This document shows positions 25,971 to 32,000 of a stretch of 32,000 nucleotides of DNA, piece after piece. The position numbers were made by a program, and so were the translations under genes. The notes beneath the pieces were generated by a model, which was not told the origin of the DNA, made no database searches, and worked only from the letters and a program-made list of their open reading frames with translations. Source of the stretch: Synechocystis sp. PCC 6803 substr. PCC-P (lineage in GTDB: Bacteria > Cyanobacteriota > Cyanobacteriia > Cyanobacteriales > Microcystaceae); NCBI RefSeq assembly GCF_000284455.1, contig NC_017039.1, positions 1,110,001-1,142,000 of the forward strand. Reading direction: 5' to 3'. Position 1 is the first letter of the stretch. Each line of letters starts with the position of its first letter.

Positions 25971-27422
25971 ATGTCGCTTATTCGTGCCCTGCACCAACAA
26001 TTAATAGATCAAGAAATTTCCGCTGTTGCCGTGGCCCAGGCGAGTTTGGCGCGGATTGAAGCGGTGGACGACAGATTGAAAAGCTTTTTGCAGGTGACAG
26101 CTCCCCAGGCGATCGCCCAGGCGGAAAAGGTTGACGCCCAGATTGCAGCGGGGGAACCCATTGGTCTACTGGCAGGCATTCCCATTGGCATTAAAGATAA
26201 CCTTTGCACCAAGGGCATTGTTACCACCTGTGCTTCCCAAATTTTGCGGGGTTTTGTGCCTCCCTACGAGTCCACAGTGACGGAGAAGTTGCAAAAAGCC
26301 GGGGCGGTCATGGTGGGCAAAACTAACCTAGATGAATTTGCCATGGGCAGTTCCACGGAAAATTCCGGTTACCAAGTGACGGCTAATCCTTGGGATTTAA
26401 CCAGGGTGCCAGGGGGATCTTCTGGGGGATCGGCGGCGGCCGTAGCAGCGGATGAATGTTTGATTGCTTTGGGGTCTGACACGGGGGGCTCCATTCGTCA
26501 GCCTGCTTCCCTCTGTGGGGTGGTGGGCATGAAACCCACCTATGGTTTAGTGTCCCGTTTTGGTTTGGTGGCCTATGCTTCCTCTTTGGATCAAATTGGT
26601 CCCTTTGCCCGCCGGGTAGAAGATGCGGCCATTCTGCTCCAGGCGATCGCCGGCCATGATAGTAGGGATTCCACCAGCCTAGATGTGCCCATTCCGGATT
26701 ACACCCAAGCCCTGAAGCCAGATTTGAAGGGAGTGAAAGTGGGGGTAATTATGGATGCCTTTGGGGAAGGTTTAGACGATACGGTCAATGAAGCAGTGCA
26801 AACGGCGATCGCCAAACTGCGGGAATTAGGAGCCACCATTGAGGAAATCCATTGTCCCCGGTTCCGTTCCGGTATTGCGGCCTATTATGTCATTGCCCCT
26901 TCCGAAGCGTCAGCTAACCTGGCCCGTTACGATGCGGTGCGCTATGGGCTGCGGGCGGAAGCGGATAATCTGATGGAAATGTACACCCACACCAGAGCCA
27001 AGGGTTTTGGCGCAGAAGTGAAACGGCGCATTATGCTCGGCACCTATGCTCTGTCCGCCGGTTACTACGATGCCTATTACCTCAAAGCCCAAAAGGTGAG
27101 AACCCTGATTAAACAAGACTTTGATCAAGCCTTTACCAAAGTGGACGTGTTGGTTTGCCCCACTGCCCCCACTACGGCCTTCAAAGCGGGGGAAAAAACC
27201 GATGATCCCCTCAGCATGTATCTCTCCGATTTGATGACCATTCCAGTTAACTTAGCTGGTTTACCGGCCATGAGTGTGCCCTGTGGCTTTGACGACAATA
27301 ATTTACCCATTGGCCTGCAATTGGTGGGCAATGTGTTAGGGGAAGAAATGCTATTCCGGGTGGGCTATGCCTATGAACAAGCCACCACATGGCACGATCG
27401 CCAACCGGATTTATCGGCCTAA
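25971..27422 (+). CDS. gatA: Asp-tRNA(Asn)/Glu-tRNA(Gln) amidotransferase subunit A
   Basis: Amidase signature [67 protein letters not shown]. The printed ATG begins about one base before the listed start; the listed coordinate is kept. Confidence 0.96.
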
Positions 27423-27464
27423 TATTTTATTGTTTAGCTGCTTTTCCGCAGGTCCAGCAATATT

Positions 27465-28367
27465 TTGAAATTGAAGCTGCAATCAAAACCGCCACGGCGA
27501 TCGCCAAGGAAAATAATTGTCTTTTTCTCGGCGTTCCTGCTCCTTGGGCCTTTTTTCTGCGGTCGTAGCCCCGCCCAGGAGTTAACCGTTCCTCTCACTG
27601 ACCTGTGTCCCGAACCGATCGCCGAAAGGATGACTCCCCATGTGGTGAAAGCTGGGGAAACCATTGACAGCATCGCCGCCCAATATCAACTAGTGCCGGC
27701 CACCCTGATCAGTGTGAACAATCAGTTGTCCAGTGGTCAAGTTACCCCAGGGCAGACGATTTTGATTCCCCCCTTTAACGGTCGTTTTGTTTCCGCACCA
27801 GCGGGGGCCACTTGGCGGGATTTAGCATCGGCCTATGGTTTACGGGCAGATATTTTATTTGAAATCAACGGTTGCACAGAAAAGCCCAGTCGTGCCTTTA
27901 TTCCCGGCATCAGTTGGGGGGGAAATGCCCCTAGCAATGTGGATAACTACACGGGCTTGGCCCAATGGCCCATTCAACCAACTCCCAAAATTGGCCTAGA
28001 TTACGGCTGGCAAAATCAGGCCGCGGGGCAAGATGCCTTTTTTCACAGTGGCGTAGATCTGTTAGCCCCCTTGGATACCCCCGTTATGGCCGCTGCCGCC
28101 GGGGAGGTGATTTTAGTTAGCCAGGAAGGGGCCTATGGTTTCCTGGTGGTCATTGACCATGGCAATGGCCGTCAAACCCGCTATGCCCATCTGAGTCGAT
28201 TTGCGGTGGATCCTGGGGAAAAAGTCCCCGCTGGTACTGTAATTGGCTATGTAGGCAGTACTGGCCGACCGGATATTGCTTCATCCCATCTTCATTTTGA
28301 AGTAAGGGTTCAATCCCCTGTTGGTTGGGCGGCCCAGGATCCGAAGTTACATTTACCCCGCCCATAG
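27465..28367 (+). CDS. Secreted LysM plus M23 family metallopeptidase
   Basis: N-terminal hydrophobic signal; LysM HVVKAGETIDSIAAQYQLVPATLISVNNQL; M23 motifs FHSGVDLLAP, GQTRYAHL-like GRQTRYAHLSRF, SHLHFEVR. Confidence 0.93.
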   Translation: MKLKLQSKPPRRSPRKIIVFFSAFLLLGPFFCGRSPAQELTVPLTDLCPEPIAERMTPHVVKAGETIDSIAAQYQLVPATLISVNNQLSSGQVTPGQTILIPPFNGRFVSAPAGATWRDLASAYGLRADILFEINGCTEKPSRAFIPGISWGGNAPSNVDNYTGLAQWPIQPTPKIGLDYGWQNQAAGQDAFFHSGVDLLAPLDTPVMAAAAGEVILVSQEGAYGFLVVIDHGNGRQTRYAHLSRFAVDPGEKVPAGTVIGYVGSTGRPDIASSHLHFEVRVQSPVGWAAQDPKLHLPRP

Positions 28368-28464
28368 TTAAACGATTTTCAGTCCTTTGTGGACCCAGGA
28401 ACAACCCCTGCCTCCGCCATATTTTTGGTAAACTAACAACGCTGTTGCCTTTAGCGGTTTTGCC

Positions 28465-28863
28465 ATGGAACTGGAACATCCTGACGATCTCTATTATTTG
28501 GATTCCCACGAGTACGTCCGCTTTGATGGGGAAACGGCCACCATTGGCCTGAGTGCCTTTGCCGTGGATGAGCTGGGGGATATTGTCTTTGTGGAGTTAC
28601 CCGAAGAAGGGGACAAAGTGGAATTTGAGCAGTCCATGGGGGCAGTGGAATCGGTCAAGGCCGCCTCGGATTTATATTCCCCTGTGACGGGCACTGTGAT
28701 CGAAAAAAACTCAGCTTTGGAAGATCAGCCGGAGTTGCTCAATCAAGACCCCTACGGGGAAGAAGGTTGGTTGATCAAGGTGCGCCTAGATGATGTGGAA
28801 GATGCCAAAGAAGGATTGATGGCCGCCGGAGACTACCGCGCCACCCTAGAGACGGGAGATTAG
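28465..28863 (+). CDS. gcvH: Glycine cleavage system H protein
   Basis: VFVELPEEGDKVEFEQSMGAVESVKAASDLYSPVTGTVIEKN: lipoyl-lysine region. Confidence 0.96.
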   Translation: MELEHPDDLYYLDSHEYVRFDGETATIGLSAFAVDELGDIVFVELPEEGDKVEFEQSMGAVESVKAASDLYSPVTGTVIEKNSALEDQPELLNQDPYGEEGWLIKVRLDDVEDAKEGLMAAGDYRATLETGD

Positions 28864-28956
28864 GCAGTCTGGGCGGGGGTTAGAGGTTAATCCTTTTCCC
28901 ACCTAATGGATACTTTGTGACAGTTCATACTTTCGCCGTCAGGGCAAGAAATCATT

Positions 28957-30729
28957 ATGCAAGCTGTTGATTACACTACCCTGATGGCCATTGTTGCTGA
29001 ACTCCAAGGTGATTGGCTACCCGCCCGCATCGAACAGATTTATCAGCATGATCGCCATGGTTTATCCCTCGCTCTGCGCACGTTAGAAAGACGGGGTTGG
29101 CTAACCCTAGCTTGGCATCCCCAGGGGGCAAGAATTTGTTTAGATCCTCCTCCGCCCCAGGAACCGGACACGTTTACTTTTAGCGATCAACTGCGGCATC
29201 AGCTTAAAGGACTGGCCTTAATTTCTCTCAAACCCCTACAGCCCTGGGAACGGGTCATTGACCTGGCGATCGCCAAACGGCCAGGGGATGAACCTCTATA
29301 CCATTTGTTTTTGGAGGTGATGGGCAAATATAGCAACCTGATTTTGACCGATGCCCAACGGCAAATTATCACCGTCGCCCACCAAGTTAACTCCCAACAA
29401 TCAAGGGTTAGAACGGTACAAACGGGGCAACCCTATCAATCTCCACCGGCTTTATTGGCCACACCTCCTTCGTTGACGGAAAGCTTTAGTAGTTGGCAAG
29501 AAAGGGTGCAATTAATCCCTGGTTTATTAAGTAAACAACTGCTGAAAAGTTACCGGGGAGTTAGTCCCATGGTGGTGAAAAATTTGTTAGGCCAAGCGGA
29601 TCTTGATTCCCAGGTCAGTAACCAAGATTTAACCGACGAACAATGGCAAAATATCTTTATTGCTTGGCAAAATTGGCTACAGAGGCTGGAGAAATTAGAT
29701 TTTTTGGGAAAAAGTTTGCCCCAGGGCTACATAGTCTTGGCAGAAACCACTGTTGTTAATGACGTTAAGCCAACTCAAGAAGAAGGTGATCGCCCTTTGC
29801 TCCCCATTAATAAATTGGTAAGTGAATATTACCGGAGAGAGTTAGGGCGGGAAAATTTCCAGCAATTACAACACCAAATTCAACAAAAACTAAATAATCT
29901 AATTGCTAAACTGCAACAAAAAGCCGACACGTTTAAACAAAGGTTAAATGCGGCCGCCAATGCCCAGCAATATCAACGGCAGGCGGATCTGTTGATGGCC
30001 TATCTCCACCAGGGGCAACCAGGGTTAAGCTCCATCACCCTACCGGACTTTGACGACCAATCTCCCGTTACCATTTCCCTGCAGCCGGATAAAACCCTAA
30101 TCCAAAACGCCCAACGACTTTACAAACAACAACAAAAATTAAACCGGGCAGAGGCGGCCATTCTCCCTTTGTTAGCAGAAGTGGAGCAGGAGTTGGCCTA
30201 CCTCACCCAGGTAGAAACCAGTGTGCAGGCGTTGACCGAATTTGATGATCTGGCCGATTGGCAAACGTTAACGGAAATTCGGGATGAGTTGGCGGAACAA
30301 AACTATTTAGCCCTTAGCCATGGCCGCCCCCGCCGTAAAGAAGCGGAAACTTTTGAGCCGCACCAGAGCCTAACCCCTTCCGGTTTTCCCCTCTGGATTG
30401 GCCGTAATAATCGCCAAAATGATTACCTTAGTTTTCGGGTTGCCACCGAGTATGACCTGTGGTTCCATGCCCAGGAAATTGCCGGCAGTCATGTGTTACT
30501 CCGATTACCCCCAGGGGCGATCGCCGAAGATCAGGATTTGCAATCAGCAGCGGATTGGGCGGCCTACTACAGCCGAGGCCGGGAGGAAGAACAGGTACCG
30601 GTGGTCTATACCCAGCCTAAATATGTCTTTAAACCCAAGGGTAGTAAACCGGGCATGGTGGTTTATCAACAGGAAACGGTTATTTGGGGCAAACCTGGAG
30701 CGGTTAATCCAAAGTTGACCCACAATTGA
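28957..30729 (+). CDS. NFACT family protein (RqcH/FbpA-like, ribosome quality control)
   Basis: NFACT-N start (RIEQIYQHDRHGLSLALRTLERRGWLTLAWHPQGARICL), coiled coil, and NFACT-R region (PLWIGRNNRQNDYLSFRVATEYDLWFHAQEIAGSHVLLR). Confidence 0.9.
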   Translation: MQAVDYTTLMAIVAELQGDWLPARIEQIYQHDRHGLSLALRTLERRGWLTLAWHPQGARICLDPPPPQEPDTFTFSDQLRHQLKGLALISLKPLQPWERVIDLAIAKRPGDEPLYHLFLEVMGKYSNLILTDAQRQIITVAHQVNSQQSRVRTVQTGQPYQSPPALLATPPSLTESFSSWQERVQLIPGLLSKQLLKSYRGVSPMVVKNLLGQADLDSQVSNQDLTDEQWQNIFIAWQNWLQRLEKLDFLGKSLPQGYIVLAETTVVNDVKPTQEEGDRPLLPINKLVSEYYRRELGRENFQQLQHQIQQKLNNLIAKLQQKADTFKQRLNAAANAQQYQRQADLLMAYLHQGQPGLSSITLPDFDDQSPVTISLQPDKTLIQNAQRLYKQQQKLNRAEAAILPLLAEVEQELAYLTQVETSVQALTEFDDLADWQTLTEIRDELAEQNYLALSHGRPRRKEAETFEPHQSLTPSGFPLWIGRNNRQNDYLSFRVATEYDLWFHAQEIAGSHVLLRLPPGAIAEDQDLQSAADWAAYYSRGREEEQVPVVYTQPKYVFKPKGSKPGMVVYQQETVIWGKPGAVNPKLTHN

Positions 30730-30751
30730 TTTTGACGACCCCAATGGTTCG

Positions 30752-31900
30752 CTAACCTAAGCGGTTGCGATAATCTTCATAACCAAAGGTACGCCACAGT
30801 TCAAATTCCCCCGATCGCCGCAGACAACCAATGGCGGGATGGTGGACTCCATTAAAGGTAGTGGTTTTGACCATGGTGTAGTGCATCATGTCTTCAAAAA
30901 TTAGGCGATCTCCCACCTGTAAAGGTTGATCAAAGGCATAATCACCGAGAAAATCCCCCGCGAGGCAACTGGAACCCCCCAGGCGATAAACAGTATCTCC
31001 CGTTTGCGGCACTCTAGCTCCCCTTACTTCTGGCCGATAGGGCATTTCCAAGCAGTCAGGCATATGGGCCGTGAAGGAAACATCGAGCATGGCATGGGTA
31101 AATTCCGGTGTTTCGATCAGATCCTCCACCGTACTAAGTAAAAATCCTGTCTGCCAGGCGATCGCCGACCCCGGCTCCATAATCAACCGCAGATGGGGAT
31201 GGCGTTGGTGGAATTCCCCAATTACTGCAATGGCATAGTCCATGTCGTAGCCTTGGCTGGTCATTAAATGGCCGCCGCCTAGGTTTAACCATTCAATTTG
31301 GGGCAAATACTCGCCAAATAATTTTTCGATCTGCCCTAGGGTTTTTTCCAAAGCTAAATGATCGCTCTCACAAAGGTTGTGGGAGAGAAAGCCCGTAATG
31401 CCCGACGGTAAATTACCCGCCAACATTGCCGCTTGCACCCCCAACCGGGAACCGGACACACAGGGATTATAAAGATCGGTCTGCACGGGGGAATATTCCG
31501 GGTTAATGCGTAAACCTGCTTTTACCGCGGTATTTTTCAACGATTCCCGATAACGATGCCATTGTCCCAAGGAGTTAAAGGTAATGTGGCTAGCCAAGGG
31601 AATAATGGCTGGCAAATCATCGGGGCGATAGGTGGGGGCATAAACGTGCACTTCTTTGCCAAATTCCTCCGCCGCCAGTCGTGCTTCCCAGAGGGAACTG
31701 GCCGACGCCCCTGCTAACCCTGACCGCAACCAGGGAAAACAAGGAAAGAGGGCAAAACCTTTCAAGGCCAACATCACCTCAATCGGGGCGGATTGCTGCA
31801 ACCGTTCGAAAATCGCCAAATTTTGTTGTAACAATTCCTCTTCCAACACAAAACAGGGGGAAGGTAGGCTGGATAACCTGGGGTTTTCGAGAATGTTCAC
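30752..31900 (-). CDS. nspC: Carboxynorspermidine decarboxylase; ORF extends to 31966, likely GTG start near 31900
   Basis: PSPCFVLEEELLQQNLAIFERLQ, MLALKGFALFPCFPWLRSGLAGASASSLWEARLAAEEFGKEVHVYAP, INPEYSP, GFLSHNLCESD, EPGSAI, and GGSSCLAGDFLGDY: NspC-type fold III PLP decarboxylase. Confidence 0.9.
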   Translation of the reverse strand: MNILENPRLSSLPSPCFVLEEELLQQNLAIFERLQQSAPIEVMLALKGFALFPCFPWLRSGLAGASASSLWEARLAAEEFGKEVHVYAPTYRPDDLPAIIPLASHITFNSLGQWHRYRESLKNTAVKAGLRINPEYSPVQTDLYNPCVSGSRLGVQAAMLAGNLPSGITGFLSHNLCESDHLALEKTLGQIEKLFGEYLPQIEWLNLGGGHLMTSQGYDMDYAIAVIGEFHQRHPHLRLIMEPGSAIAWQTGFLLSTVEDLIETPEFTHAMLDVSFTAHMPDCLEMPYRPEVRGARVPQTGDTVYRLGGSSCLAGDFLGDYAFDQPLQVGDRLIFEDMMHYTMVKTTTFNGVHHPAIGCLRRSGEFELWRTFGYEDYRNRLG

Positions 31901-32000
31901 CGCAAAACTGCTCACTTTAGCTATAGATAAAGAAAAAAGACTACTGCCAATAAAACAGTAGCCCAATCAAGTCTTGAGATTAACGGAGGTTGCCGGGGAG

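Noticed and set aside
1-32000. CRISPR array, tRNA, rRNA, or intact insertion sequence
   Set aside because: Scanned by eye. No regularly spaced direct repeats, cloverleaf-like cores with GTTCRA, rRNA-conserved blocks or transposase motifs were recognised. A tRNAscan-SE/CRISPRCasFinder/ISfinder run would be decisive.

Overview
Cyanobacterial chromosomal window. HIP1 octamers (GCGATCGC) occur about once per kb, and the proteins resemble Synechocystis sp. PCC 6803 or a close relative (from memory; no search was run). The region 1-2.75 kb looks like an accessory island. It is AT-richer, has no HIP1, and holds on the minus strand: a VapB-like antitoxin, a deletion-damaged VapC/PIN toxin remnant, a DUF4393/Abi-alpha-like protein, and an unlisted, edge-truncated P-loop ATPase of the Sll1717 type (1..1299). 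The DUF4393-like plus ATPase pair is the best candidate for an undescribed, possibly defence-related, module. The rest is mostly core genome: SLH/OprB-type porin; fused substrate-binding/permease amino-acid transporter (BgtB-like); phasin-like small protein (PhaP-like); glycogen phosphorylase (glgP); CbiT-like methyltransferase; cdsA; a prepilin-like secreted protein; a small secreted helical protein; a 1978-aa TamB-like protein; an AAA_35-type protein; mscL; ruvA; a DUF92 (VTE6-like) kinase; a type II sulfide:quinone reductase; an RRM protein; gatA; a LysM+M23 peptidase; gcvH; an NFACT/RqcH protein; and nspC. I saw no CRISPR array, rRNA or tRNA.
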